From Spirochaetia bacterium (lineage in GTDB: Bacteria; Spirochaetota; Spirochaetia; SZUA-6; Bin103), in assembly GCA_965199955.1 (NCBI GenBank), contig CBDATQ010000002.1:1619946-1683945 (forward strand): a stretch of 64,000 nucleotides of DNA, in the 5' to 3' direction. The translations under genes and the position numbers were made by a program. The notes under the pieces are model-generated. The model did not search any database. It worked only from the letters and a program-made list of their open reading frames with translations, and was not told the DNA's origin. Below are positions 40,225-50,282 of this stretch, in pieces (position 1 is the stretch's first letter; each line of letters starts with the position of its first letter).

Positions 40225-42105
40225 ATGGCCGATCCCCGTCTGACGCGACTGAGCGAGCACCTCTACCGCTTCACCGACATTTGCAACATATACATTATTG
40301 TAGACAGTGACCGGGCGCTGCTGATCGATGCCGGCTCCGGGGCCGTCGCCGGGGCTCTGGCCGGGACGGGAGCGGCCACGGTCGAGTGGGTTGTGCACAC
40401 CCACCACCACCGGGACCAGTGCGCGGGCACGCCGGCACTTGCTGCAGCGGGCGCACAGGTCGCGGTGCCCGAGCACGAGCGCCACCTGTTCGCGGAGGCC
40501 GAGCTGTTCTGGCGGACGCGCCGGGTGTATGATAATTACGACGACCGCAACACCTTCTTCACGTCAGCGCGAGACATCGCCGTCGACGCCGTGCTGGAGG
40601 ACTACGAGACCTTCACGTGGCGCGGCTATTGCTTCGAGATCATTCCGGCCAAGGGGCACACGCGCGGCTCCTCGATGCTCATCACCACGATCGACGGGCA
40701 GCGGGTGGCGTTCACGGGGGACCTGATGAACGCCGGCGGCAGGCTCTACCAGCTTCATGCGATGGAGTATGCCTACGGCGGGATGGAGGGGGTCGGCTTC
40801 ACGATCGAGTCGATCGACGCGCTGGACCGGCTGGACGTGCGGGTCGCCTATCCTTCGCACGGGGATGCGATTCCCGACGTCGCCGGCGACATCGCGCGCC
40901 TGCGCCGCCGGCTGGCCGACTGCGTCGCGCTCGGCAACGGCCTGCGCATCGCCGGCTCGCGCGAGGACCTGCCGTCTTCGCACTTCCTTCCGGACGCCAG
41001 GATGCAGCCGCTGTCCCGCCATCTGCTGTGGGGCGGGCCGTGGACCTGCAGCAACTTCTACGTGGTGCTGAGCGATTCCGGCAGGGCGATGTTCGTCGAC
41101 TACGGCCACTCGCTGGCCACCCACATGCACACCAACTCCGAGCACCACGGCCAGGAGTCGCTGCGCTTCGTCGCCCACCACCTGGAGGAGCTCCGCGACG
41201 ACTACGGCGTCACCGAGCTCGACCTCGTGGTGCCCACCCACATCCACGACGACCATACCTGCGGCATTCCCTACCTGCAGCGCCACCACGGCACCCGCTG
41301 CTGGGCGCTGGGCGAGGTCGCGCAGGTGCTGGAGGACCCGGCCGCCTGGGCCAGCACGCCGTGCACGTACCCGCGGCCGATCCGCATCGACCGCTATCTG
41401 CGCGACGGCGAGTGCTTCGCGTGGGAGGAGTACCGCTTCGACATCTACTTCGCGCCCGGCCAGACCGAGTTCCATTCCGTCTACGCTGGCCTGATCGACG
41501 GCAGGCGGGTGGCGTTCACGGGTGACAATTTCTTCCTCTCGAACGAGCTGCGCTCCGGGGAGACGATCAGAAAGCCGATTCAGACGACGGTCCTGCGCAA
41601 CAGCTTCCAACTCGGCATGCACCGCCGCTGCGCGGAGGTGATGCGCCGCGTCGACCCGGAGTTGATCTGCCCCGGCCACGGCGGCGTGATCGACTGCTCG
41701 AAGCAGCAGATCGACGAGTACGCGGACTTCATCGCCCGCAAGGAGCGGGCGTTCCGCAACCTGGTGGCCGAGCCGGCCGATCACTACGTCGACCTGTTCT
41801 GGGCGCGGCTGCTCCCGTACCTGGCAGCCGTGGAGCCCGGCGGCCCGGTCGCCTACCGCCTCCTGCTGCGCAACAACCTGGAGCGCGATGCGACCTACAC
41901 CGCGGAGCTCGACCCGCCGTCCGGCTGGAGCGCGGGCGGCTCGGCATCGGTCCGGCTGCGGGCCGGCGAGCGGGGCGAGGTCGCGCTGCAGGCCACGGCT
42001 CCGGCCGGCGGCGACGGCATCCGCCGGCTGGTGACCGCGCGGATCGATGTCGACGGACAGCCGCACGGCGCCATCGCCGAGGCGCTGGTCACGGTCGCCG
42101 GCTGA
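40225..42105 (+). CDS. Tandem metallo-beta-lactamase-fold hydrolase with C-terminal Ig-like domain
   Basis: HTHHHRDQ...GHT...FTGD...SHG and a second THIHDDH...FTGD...PGHG. Leaderless-type promoter TTGCTC-N17-TACGAT-N6-ATG. Confidence 0.88.
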   Translation: MADPRLTRLSEHLYRFTDICNIYIIVDSDRALLIDAGSGAVAGALAGTGAATVEWVVHTHHHRDQCAGTPALAAAGAQVAVPEHERHLFAEAELFWRTRRVYDNYDDRNTFFTSARDIAVDAVLEDYETFTWRGYCFEIIPAKGHTRGSSMLITTIDGQRVAFTGDLMNAGGRLYQLHAMEYAYGGMEGVGFTIESIDALDRLDVRVAYPSHGDAIPDVAGDIARLRRRLADCVALGNGLRIAGSREDLPSSHFLPDARMQPLSRHLLWGGPWTCSNFYVVLSDSGRAMFVDYGHSLATHMHTNSEHHGQESLRFVAHHLEELRDDYGVTELDLVVPTHIHDDHTCGIPYLQRHHGTRCWALGEVAQVLEDPAAWASTPCTYPRPIRIDRYLRDGECFAWEEYRFDIYFAPGQTEFHSVYAGLIDGRRVAFTGDNFFLSNELRSGETIRKPIQTTVLRNSFQLGMHRRCAEVMRRVDPELICPGHGGVIDCSKQQIDEYADFIARKERAFRNLVAEPADHYVDLFWARLLPYLAAVEPGGPVAYRLLLRNNLERDATYTAELDPPSGWSAGGSASVRLRAGERGEVALQATAPAGGDGIRRLVTARIDVDGQPHGAIAEALVTVAG

Positions 42106-42122
42106 GCGGGCGGCGCACACCG

Positions 42123-43346
42123 ATGAACGTCCTGTTCTTCCACCTGATGCCGTACGCGGAGCTTCCCGCCGACTTCCGGGAGTCGCATCCGTCGATCTGG
42201 GTGGACATCGATTCGCGGCTGTTCGATCCCGAGCGCGGCGGCGCCATGTACCGCGACTACCTCGACGAGCTGGAGGAGGCGGCGGCGCTCGGCTTCGACG
42301 GGGTCTGCGTCAACGAGCACCACTCCAACGGCTACGGCATGATGCCGTCGCCCAACCTGATGGCGTCCGTGCTGGCCCGCAACACGACCCGCGGCGCGGT
42401 CTGCGTGATGGGCAACGCGCCCGCGCTGTACGATCCGCCGCTGCGGGTCGCCGAGGAAATGGCGATGCTGGACTGCATCTCCGGCGGGCGGCTGATCGCC
42501 GGGCTCCCGCTCGGCACGCCCATGGACACCTGTTACGCCTACGGGCGCAATCCCAGCACGCTGCGCGACAAGTACGTCGAGGCGTGCGACCTGGTGGTAC
42601 GGGCGTGGCAGGAGCGGGAGCCGTTCGCGTTCGCGGGGCGCTTCTTCCAGCACCGCTACGTGAACATCTGGCCGCGGCCGATCCAGAGCCCGCGTCCGCC
42701 GATCTGGATCCCCGGCGGCGGCTCACCGGACACGTGGCGCATGTGCGGCCGCGACGGCTACGTGTACGCGGCGCTGTCCTACTTCGGCTACCACACTGCC
42801 CGCGGGGTGCTGAAGGGCTACTGGGCGGAGCTCGAGCGCCAGGGACGGGAGCCCAACCCGTTCCAGGCCGGCTACCTGCAACTCGTCGGCGTGGCGGAGA
42901 CGAAGCGCGAGGCGCTCGATCTCTACCGCGAGCCGGCCGAGTACTTCTACACCAACTGCCTGCACACCAATCCGCGCTTCGCGGTGCCGCCCGGCTACGC
43001 GACCGAGGAGTCGGTCCGCTTCCGCGCCCGGCAGGCCAATCCGGGCAACCCGGTCGCGCAGTTCACCACGGCGCCCACCTACGACCAGATCCTGGAGCGC
43101 GGCTACCTGCTCGTGGGCACCCCGGACGAGGTGGCCGAGCGGCTGCGGGACATCGCCGTGGACCTGAACATCGGCCAGCTCATGCTGCTGCTGCACTTCG
43201 GCAACATGGACCGCGGCCTGACCCGCCACAACACGACGCTGTTCGCCGAGCGGGTGCTGCCGCAGATTCGGGACCTGTTCACCGACCGCTGGGAGGACCA
43301 CTGGTGGCCGGATGCGGCGCGGCGGGCTGCGGTACGCGACTCATGA
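42123..43346 (+). CDS. Luciferase-like (LLM) flavin-dependent monooxygenase
   Basis: GFDGVCVNEHH, PLRVAEEMAMLDCISGGRL, PRPIQ.PRPPIW, VGTPDEVAERL. Confidence 0.92.
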   Translation: MNVLFFHLMPYAELPADFRESHPSIWVDIDSRLFDPERGGAMYRDYLDELEEAAALGFDGVCVNEHHSNGYGMMPSPNLMASVLARNTTRGAVCVMGNAPALYDPPLRVAEEMAMLDCISGGRLIAGLPLGTPMDTCYAYGRNPSTLRDKYVEACDLVVRAWQEREPFAFAGRFFQHRYVNIWPRPIQSPRPPIWIPGGGSPDTWRMCGRDGYVYAALSYFGYHTARGVLKGYWAELERQGREPNPFQAGYLQLVGVAETKREALDLYREPAEYFYTNCLHTNPRFAVPPGYATEESVRFRARQANPGNPVAQFTTAPTYDQILERGYLLVGTPDEVAERLRDIAVDLNIGQLMLLLHFGNMDRGLTRHNTTLFAERVLPQIRDLFTDRWEDHWWPDAARRAAVRDS

Positions 43347-44119
43347 GCGAGCCGCGCGAGCGGACGGTCCGGGTTGCCGGGGTGTCCTGCCGGGTATGGG
43401 AGCAGGGGACCGGCGAGCCGGTGGCTTTCCTGGCGGGCGCAGGCGGCCTGCCGCGCTGGACCCCGTTTCTCCACCGCCTCGCTCGCACGAGGCGCGTGAT
43501 CGCCCCGAGCCTGCCCGGGTTCCCCGGAGCGGACGCGATCGGCGCGCTCGACGAACATCTCGACTGGCTGCTCGCCGCCCATGATCTGCTTTCCGCGGCC
43601 GGGGCCGAAGGCGCGGACCTCATCGGCGTCTCGGTGGGAGCCGCGCTGGCCGCCGACGTGGCCTGTGTGTGGCCGGCGTCCGTGCGGCGGCTGGTACTGG
43701 TGTCGCCGCTGGGGCTGTTCGCCGCCGCGGACCCCACGGCCGACCTGTTCGCGCAGGGGCCGGGAGACCTGGGCGCGCTGCTGTGCCGCGACCCGGCCAC
43801 CTGGGACGCCCACGTCGCGCTGCCGGAGTCGGCCGACCGGGTGGAGTGGGCGGTGGTGCAGGCGCGCGCCCAGGAAGCGGCGGCGCGCCTGCTCTGGCCG
43901 GTGGGCGACACGCGGCTCTCGCGCCGCCTGCATCGGCTGGCCCGGCCCGCGCTGCTGCTGTTCGGCGGCGCCGACCGTGTGCTCCCTGGCGGGTACCGCG
44001 CGCTCTGGCGGCGCGCGCTTCCGGATGCTGCGGTGCGGGTGATCGAGGGCGCCGGGCACCAGGTCGACCTGGACGCGCCGGAGGAGTCGGCCGCCGCCAT
44101 CGATGCATTTCTCGAATGA
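43343..44119 (+). CDS. Alpha/beta-fold hydrolase
   Basis: ATGA-coupled to the LLM gene; PSLPGF, GVSVG nucleophile elbow, GGAD, GAGH. Confidence 0.88.
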   Translation: MSEPRERTVRVAGVSCRVWEQGTGEPVAFLAGAGGLPRWTPFLHRLARTRRVIAPSLPGFPGADAIGALDEHLDWLLAAHDLLSAAGAEGADLIGVSVGAALAADVACVWPASVRRLVLVSPLGLFAAADPTADLFAQGPGDLGALLCRDPATWDAHVALPESADRVEWAVVQARAQEAAARLLWPVGDTRLSRRLHRLARPALLLFGGADRVLPGGYRALWRRALPDAAVRVIEGAGHQVDLDAPEESAAAIDAFLE

Positions 44120-44830
44120 CCGGCCCCGCCACGGGTGACTACACTCGGGACCGGGAGGGCACGGCGCTGATCAGCGAGTTCACCGAACCGCGGCCGCACG
44201 CGAAGGCGCGGGCGGCGCTGATCGTCGTCGCGTCCGTGGCGGCGCTCCTGGTGTTCCGCATTCGCGTTGCGCCGGAAGACGCCAGGCCGCACTTCGGAAA
44301 CCAGGAGGTCGAAACCCAGGTGTACGTCGTCGGTGACAAGGTCGAACTGAAGCTGCCCGCGGCGATGCGGGCCAACGGCCCGTTGGTCTATGCGCTGTAT
44401 CCGAGCGTCCCCGGCCTCACCCTGACCAGGACGACGTTGAAGGGCACTCCGGCAGAGCCGGGGGCGTACTCGATGATCTACACGGTGGCCGACTCGGATG
44501 ACGACACCACGGGCGGCGACAAGGACTGGTTGACGTTCACGATCATCGTCGAATCGCCGCGCTCGGGATGGAGCTTCGACGAGCTTGACGAAGACATCGA
44601 CGCGGTCGACTTCGACGGTCCTTTCGTTTGACGACAAGCCGCGCACCCACCCGATCTCCTGCGCCCTGGCGAGCAGGAAACCGTTGGACGAGATCCGCCT
44701 GATCATGTACGCGCTCGCCGATGGCGGAGCGGTCCTGCCGCTGGGCGGGATCTCTTTCGAAATCCCTTCAGACCTGAGCACGGAGGACTATCGGTCCTTG
44801 TTGAGCCCGTTCTTCGAAGGCAGAAGATGA
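44116..44830 (+). pseudogene. Fragment of a putative Ig-repeat (He_PIG-like) surface protein, frameshifted near 44628
   Basis: PHFGNQ...LKLPAA...LVYAL..VPGLTL...LKGTP..PGAYSMIYTVADSD...LTFTIIV is one Ig-like unit. Protein-like sequence continues in another frame to 44830. Confidence 0.55.
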
Positions 44831-45822
44831 CCGCGGGACCGATGATGCGTCGGCTCAACGTGCTCTTCATGCCGCACCCCGCCGGGATCGATCCGTCCTG
44901 GGCCGACGACGTCGTGGCGACCATCTCCGGCAGTCACGAGTTGCGGGTGTTCGACGCCGAGCGCGAGGCCACCGCCCAGTTCGAGGGTGTGGAGGTGATC
45001 GTCGACCTGGGCGGCAACATCAGCGGCGAGCTGATAGAGGCCGCGGCGCAGGCCGGCGTTAGGTTCGTCCAGGCGCAGACGAACGGACTGGACCACGTCG
45101 AGGTCGACAGGATCCTCGACGCCGGCATGGTGCTGTGCCACTGCCCCGGCCATCTGAGCAGCGTCGCCCTGGCGGACCGCGCCATGATGTTCCTGCTCAT
45201 GCTCGCTCACCGCTACGAAGAGGGCCGGCGCACGTTCATGCGGGGCGAGCTCTACTCCCCGAACGGTCTGGAGCCTGCGGGCCGCAGCCTGGCGATCGTC
45301 GGCTTCGGCAACAGCGGCCAACTGCTGGCCCGCCGCGCCAGGGCGTTCGGGATGCGGATCCTGGCGATCGACGTGCGGCCGATCGAGCAGCAGGTGCTCG
45401 ATGAGCTGAAGCCCGAGCTTCTCGGCGGGCCCGACGACCTGGACGGCGTCCTCGCGCAGTGCGACTTCCTCTCGCCGCACCTGCATCTGACCGACCAGAC
45501 CAAGGCCATCATCGACCGGCGGCGCATCGGGCTGATGAAGCCCACGGCCTGCATCATCAACGTCGCCCGCGGCGAGTTGATCGACGAGGAAGCGCTCTAC
45601 GAGGCGCTGCTCGCACGGAGGCTTGGCGGGGCGGGGCTCGACGTGTTCGCCCGCGAGCCGGCCGATCCGGCGCACCCGGTCTTCCGGCTGCCGAACGTCT
45701 ACGTCAGCCCGCACACCGCCGGCGGCACGGACGGCACGTCGCGCAATCGCGCCCGGTTCGCCCTGCAGAACCTGAACCGCTATGCCCGCGGAGAGGAGCT
45801 GCGGGCGGTCGTGCGGCGGTAG
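44827..45822 (+). CDS. D-2-hydroxyacid dehydrogenase family protein
   Basis: AIVGFGNSG, INVARGELIDE, LDVFAREP, SPHTAG. Confidence 0.9.
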   Translation: MTAGPMMRRLNVLFMPHPAGIDPSWADDVVATISGSHELRVFDAEREATAQFEGVEVIVDLGGNISGELIEAAAQAGVRFVQAQTNGLDHVEVDRILDAGMVLCHCPGHLSSVALADRAMMFLLMLAHRYEEGRRTFMRGELYSPNGLEPAGRSLAIVGFGNSGQLLARRARAFGMRILAIDVRPIEQQVLDELKPELLGGPDDLDGVLAQCDFLSPHLHLTDQTKAIIDRRRIGLMKPTACIINVARGELIDEEALYEALLARRLGGAGLDVFAREPADPAHPVFRLPNVYVSPHTAGGTDGTSRNRARFALQNLNRYARGEELRAVVRR

Positions 45823-45823
45823 C

Positions 45824-48800
45824 TCAGGACGAGCCCGCGGCGAGTCCGTCAGGGAGGTACGCGAGCATGGTCGGCACATAGCGCGTCTCGTGACAGAGGG
45901 AGGGGCCAACGCCGCGTGCGCTGGAGGCTCGCGGCGCGCCGAGCGCCAACGGCTCGGCCGCGCGACGCTCGGCCCCCAGGGTGTGCAGTCCGTGGCGGAC
46001 GATGTCTTCGAGCTCCGCGTCGGGCCTCAGGGAGAGGGCATACACCAGCCCCTCGATGACCTGCTGGGTGTGGCCCGGGCCGCTGCCGCCGCGGCTGGAG
46101 GTGTACCGGAAGTGGCCGGCGTCGCGGTCGTAGGTGTGCTCGACCAGCCAGCGGGCGCCGTCCAGAATCGCGGTCGCGACCCGCTCGTCGGCGGTCAGCT
46201 CGTGGTAGCTCCGTAGCGCCGATAAGCAGACGCCCACCATGAAGCTGGCCTCGCCGCGGGTCCGCGGCGGACCTGCGAAGCAGTGCCCTTCGCCGAGCAG
46301 GCGCTCCCAGCCGCCGCCGGGCGTCCGCCGCTCCAGCAGCCGCTCCGCGACCAGGTGCGCGGCGTTCATGAAACGGGGGTCGTCGCTCCAGCGCGCCAGG
46401 GCGCACAGGTGGATGAGGTGCCAGCCGGCGTCGCGAAGCTGCCCGTAGTCGTAGGCGTCCAGCCCCTGCCGATCCGCTACCACGCTGCCGCCGATGACCC
46501 CGTGCGTGCGGCCGGCGAGCATCCATTCGCCGATGCGATCTAGCGTCTCGCGCACGCTCTGGTCACCGGTGAGCAGGTAGTGGAGCACCGGTCCCTCCAC
46601 CCACGCGTGCGAGTAGAACATGCAGGAGCCGCCAACCTTGCTGCGAAAGTAGGGCGGCAGGTAGCCGCCGGCGTGGCCGGGCATGTGGCCGTACTGGCCG
46701 CCGACCTGGGCGGGGTCCGATGAGTGGTTGCAGGTGTCGACGTCGACCAGGTGGCGCGCCGCCTCCGCCGCCAGGACAGCCCACTCTCCCCGGCCGCCGC
46801 GCAGGAACTCCTGGTAGTGGGCGAACGCCGGATCGTATTCGTTGTTGCCCCAGGACCAGCCACTCTCCCCGTACCAGTCGCCGAAGTTCAGGAATCCGTA
46901 CTGCCGGAGGTTGTCTCGTTCCCGGAGCCACTCGTCGCAGGCGTGGTCGACGGCCCGTTCGTAGCGCGGGTGGGGCGAGGCCGACTTGGCCAGGATCGGG
47001 CTCAGCGCGCCGGTCCGGTTCAGCCAGTCGATCGCTGGGCGCACCAGCGCCGGACGTTCGCACCAGGCCGCGATGCGCTCGGCTTCCTCTGGCGTGCCGG
47101 GCAGGCTGAGGGCGATCTCGCCGGTCAGCGCCTGACCCGCCTTGAGGAGGTAGCCGCGGCTCGTGCGCCAGAAGAGGAGCTGGTGCCGGCTCTCGGCGTC
47201 TGGCTGCCCGGCCGTGGGCTCCGGCGGTAGCGCCGGCAGCAGTTCCACGGTGACACCGTCCCCGTCGACCCGAAGCCCCGTGGGGCAGGTCTGCCAGAAC
47301 CGCCGCACCGCCAGCCCGACCAGTCCGTCTTCGGTTTCCAGCAGAAGCCGCCCGGAGAACCGACCCTCCGCAGCCGTGGCCGGGGTCGGCCCCCCGGGCT
47401 CCGCGACCTGGTATACTTGGTATCTCCGGTCGTCTTCCTGTACCAGCCGCCAGTGGCCGTTCGCGGTCAGCTCGTGGCGACGGCCGTCTGCTGCCAGCGC
47501 GCGGGTGCCGGGGATCACGACGCAGGCGACTGCGGAGGAGAGTTCCAGCAGGGTGTTCTCTTCCCCCGGACCGCGGCCGACACAGGCGGCCACGTCCGCG
47601 GCGGCGGCCGTCGACCCTCCGCGGCCGGCTTCAGTGATGCCGCGCGAGGCGGCGCCGGACTCCACCGGCACCGGGGTCTCGCTCGGGTCGCCGGCGGCCG
47701 GCCCCAGCGCCGGGCTCACTACCTCCAGCCGGTGCTGGATGCGCAGGTGACGCTGCGAGCCGTACGCATGGATGCGGACGATGCTCCTGAGGTGCGTGGT
47801 CCCGTCGCGGTCGCAGTGATCGACGTGATAGCGGAGCACGCTCCGTTCGTGGCCCGACTCCTCCTGGACGAGGGGCGAGCTGCGCGGAAGCAGCGCGGCG
47901 CCGTTGGCCAGGCGGACCTCCACGGTCGAGGCAGGCGGGACATGAGCACCGCCTTCGCGTTCCGAGAGCACGGTTGGAAACGCCGGCCGCTCAGAGGAGA
48001 GGTCGATGCGCAGACCATCGCGTTCCAGGAGGGCGCTGCCGCCAGCGCGTCCGCTCGTGCCGGGGCCGGCAGCGGGTGCCAGGTGCACGGTCCCTGCGAT
48101 CTGGCCCTCCGGCGGAATCGGTGCCGGGACGACGGCGTCCACCAGCACCCAGCGGGCGCTCCCGTCGGGCCACGGCGAGTGGACCCGACACTGGGCGGGG
48201 GTGGACAGGCCGCCGGCATGCAGCCGGCCGGTCAGTGCCCGCGGAAGCCGCCCGCGGGGCAGGGGAACGCCGAAGGTCAGCGGCAGGCCTGCCGCGGCAT
48301 GGCCGGCTCGCATCGCGTCGACGATCTCGACCGGTACCGTCACCTCCTGCCCTGCGCTGGCGGGAAGGGCGAAAGCTCTATCGTCTGGCACGGCGACATC
48401 CCGCGACGATCGATCCGTCTCGCTGGCGATACCGGTGGCGATCACCTCGCACCGGTAGTCGCCCGCGGCCAGGTTCTCCAGCGCCAGGACGTGGAGCTTC
48501 GTCAGCCGCTCGGAACGTGTCCGGGCCACGATCGTCTTGCCGGAGCGGGCGACCATCTCGGCGCGCGCGACGTGGTCGGTGATGAAGTGGATCTCGGCGC
48601 CGGTTGCATGCGAGCGGGCCGTGAGGTGGCGGATCGTCGGCGCGAAGCTGCTCGGCGCCGGGCGGGCGGACAGGAACGCCAGCGCCTCGATCCGGTAGGT
48701 CCCCGGCCCCGGCGCGGTGAGCTGGAACACCTCCATGCCGCCGAAGAACTCGACCGGCCGGTCGGCGACGATGAGGTGACGGCGGTTGTCGTGCCGGGTC

Positions 48801-49144
48801 GGTTCCAGTCGGCCCACCGCGCGGCCGGCCACCTCCAGCTCCATCGGGCACTGCTCGCCCTGCTGGTCGTAGATGAGCACGCCGATCCACCGGGTGCCGG
48901 TGTGGTCCATCAGCCCCTCGAGGGTGCGCCAGAAGCGATGCGCCAGCGTGGTGGCCAGTCCGGACCGCGCCAGAACCGGCGGCCGGTAGATGCTGCGGTG
49001 GGAGTAGGCGGTGAGCCCGATGTCGGGCACCCAGCCGCCGAGGGTCTCGCAGGTCACCGCATCGACCACGGCGTTGGCCGGGTCCTGCAGGATCTCCTCG
49101 ATGTGGCGGTCGCCGCCGATGTCGATGTGGGGTATGGGCTCCAT
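45824..49144 (-). CDS. Large PcRGLX/YetA-like (exo-rhamnogalacturonan lyase-like) protein with extra N-terminal domains
   Basis: TFGVPLPRG, WPDGSARWVL, YGFLNFGDW...WGNNEYD, RHLVDVD, HAWVEG, and a helical toroid C-terminus. ATG at 49144. Confidence 0.65.
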   Translation of the reverse strand: MEPIPHIDIGGDRHIEEILQDPANAVVDAVTCETLGGWVPDIGLTAYSHRSIYRPPVLARSGLATTLAHRFWRTLEGLMDHTGTRWIGVLIYDQQGEQCPMELEVAGRAVGRLEPTRHDNRRHLIVADRPVEFFGGMEVFQLTAPGPGTYRIEALAFLSARPAPSSFAPTIRHLTARSHATGAEIHFITDHVARAEMVARSGKTIVARTRSERLTKLHVLALENLAAGDYRCEVIATGIASETDRSSRDVAVPDDRAFALPASAGQEVTVPVEIVDAMRAGHAAAGLPLTFGVPLPRGRLPRALTGRLHAGGLSTPAQCRVHSPWPDGSARWVLVDAVVPAPIPPEGQIAGTVHLAPAAGPGTSGRAGGSALLERDGLRIDLSSERPAFPTVLSEREGGAHVPPASTVEVRLANGAALLPRSSPLVQEESGHERSVLRYHVDHCDRDGTTHLRSIVRIHAYGSQRHLRIQHRLEVVSPALGPAAGDPSETPVPVESGAASRGITEAGRGGSTAAAADVAACVGRGPGEENTLLELSSAVACVVIPGTRALAADGRRHELTANGHWRLVQEDDRRYQVYQVAEPGGPTPATAAEGRFSGRLLLETEDGLVGLAVRRFWQTCPTGLRVDGDGVTVELLPALPPEPTAGQPDAESRHQLLFWRTSRGYLLKAGQALTGEIALSLPGTPEEAERIAAWCERPALVRPAIDWLNRTGALSPILAKSASPHPRYERAVDHACDEWLRERDNLRQYGFLNFGDWYGESGWSWGNNEYDPAFAHYQEFLRGGRGEWAVLAAEAARHLVDVDTCNHSSDPAQVGGQYGHMPGHAGGYLPPYFRSKVGGSCMFYSHAWVEGPVLHYLLTGDQSVRETLDRIGEWMLAGRTHGVIGGSVVADRQGLDAYDYGQLRDAGWHLIHLCALARWSDDPRFMNAAHLVAERLLERRTPGGGWERLLGEGHCFAGPPRTRGEASFMVGVCLSALRSYHELTADERVATAILDGARWLVEHTYDRDAGHFRYTSSRGGSGPGHTQQVIEGLVYALSLRPDAELEDIVRHGLHTLGAERRAAEPLALGAPRASSARGVGPSLCHETRYVPTMLAYLPDGLAAGSS

Positions 49145-49211
49145 GTTGCGCCGGCATTGTACCGCGCGGTGGCTTGGCAGCGGGCGCCGCCTCGGTGCAG
49201 AGTCCGCGGCC

Positions 49212-50282
49212 ATGCCGGGCAACAGCGTACGAAGGTGCATCGTCGTCGGCATGGGCGGGATCGCCAGGGTGATGACGCCCGGCATCGCGCGGCAGCCGTG
49301 GGCGGAGATCGTGGGCATCGCGGATGTCCGCGACGATGCGCTCATCCAGGGGCAGGAGCTGCTCGGGTTGGCGGACAGCGCGCTGTTCCGGGACCTGGAT
49401 GCCGCGCTCGCGGCTGCGGCGGCGGACGTCGCGATCATCAACACGCCTTCGGAGTGGCACTATCGCCAGTGCAGATCCTGCGTCGACGCCGGGCTGGACG
49501 TGCTGGTGGCGAAGCCGATCACCAACGACTTCGACGAGGCGGTAGAGCTGGTCGAGCACGCCGAACGCGCCGGCCGGTCGCTGTCGGTGGGCCAGCAGGT
49601 GCGCTACAACCGGCACTATCAGGCGGTCCGGCGGTTCGTGGCCTCAGGCGGGCTGGGGACGCCCGAAAGCGTGACCTTTCTCAACTCGAAGCCGCGCCAC
49701 AAGGCGCTCAACCTCGCCACGCTGTCGCAGCCGGCGCTCTACGAGATGTCGTGCCACCACTTCGACAGCCTCATGGCCGTCTTTCCCGAGCATGCACCCG
49801 AGAGCATCGCCTGCGATGGGTTCCGCCCCTCCTGGTCGGTGTACGCCGGCCCCTGCATGGTAAACGCCCTCATCCGCTGCTCCGGCGGGCTGCACGTCCT
49901 CTACCACGGCGGGTTCTCCTCGCAGGGCGATCACTACGAGTTCCGCATCGAGGGCACCAGGGGAGTGCTGCGCTGCCGCGGGATCCACATGAGCAACGAC
50001 GAGATGGAGTACGAGTTCGCCGAGCGCGGCGGAACGTTCGCCCGACGCGACGACATCGACGCCGACCTGGGGAACGTCGACTCGTGGCAGGTGTTCTACG
50101 ACGCCTGGCACGACTACCTGGCGGGCGGAACGGAGCCTTCGTTCAGCGGCAGGAACAACCTCAAGGTGTTCGCGCTGCTGAGCGCCGCGATCGACTCCAT
50201 CGACAGCGGGCAGCCGGCTCACGTGGCCGGCACGCGCTACGCCGCCGCGTACCGGCACGCCGGGGAGTGGTCCATCCGCTGA
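49212..50282 (+). CDS. Gfo/Idh/MocA family oxidoreductase
   Basis: VVGMGGIA, INTPSEWH, VLVAKP, EMSCHHFD. Confidence 0.88.
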   Translation: MPGNSVRRCIVVGMGGIARVMTPGIARQPWAEIVGIADVRDDALIQGQELLGLADSALFRDLDAALAAAAADVAIINTPSEWHYRQCRSCVDAGLDVLVAKPITNDFDEAVELVEHAERAGRSLSVGQQVRYNRHYQAVRRFVASGGLGTPESVTFLNSKPRHKALNLATLSQPALYEMSCHHFDSLMAVFPEHAPESIACDGFRPSWSVYAGPCMVNALIRCSGGLHVLYHGGFSSQGDHYEFRIEGTRGVLRCRGIHMSNDEMEYEFAERGGTFARRDDIDADLGNVDSWQVFYDAWHDYLAGGTEPSFSGRNNLKVFALLSAAIDSIDSGQPAHVAGTRYAAAYRHAGEWSIR

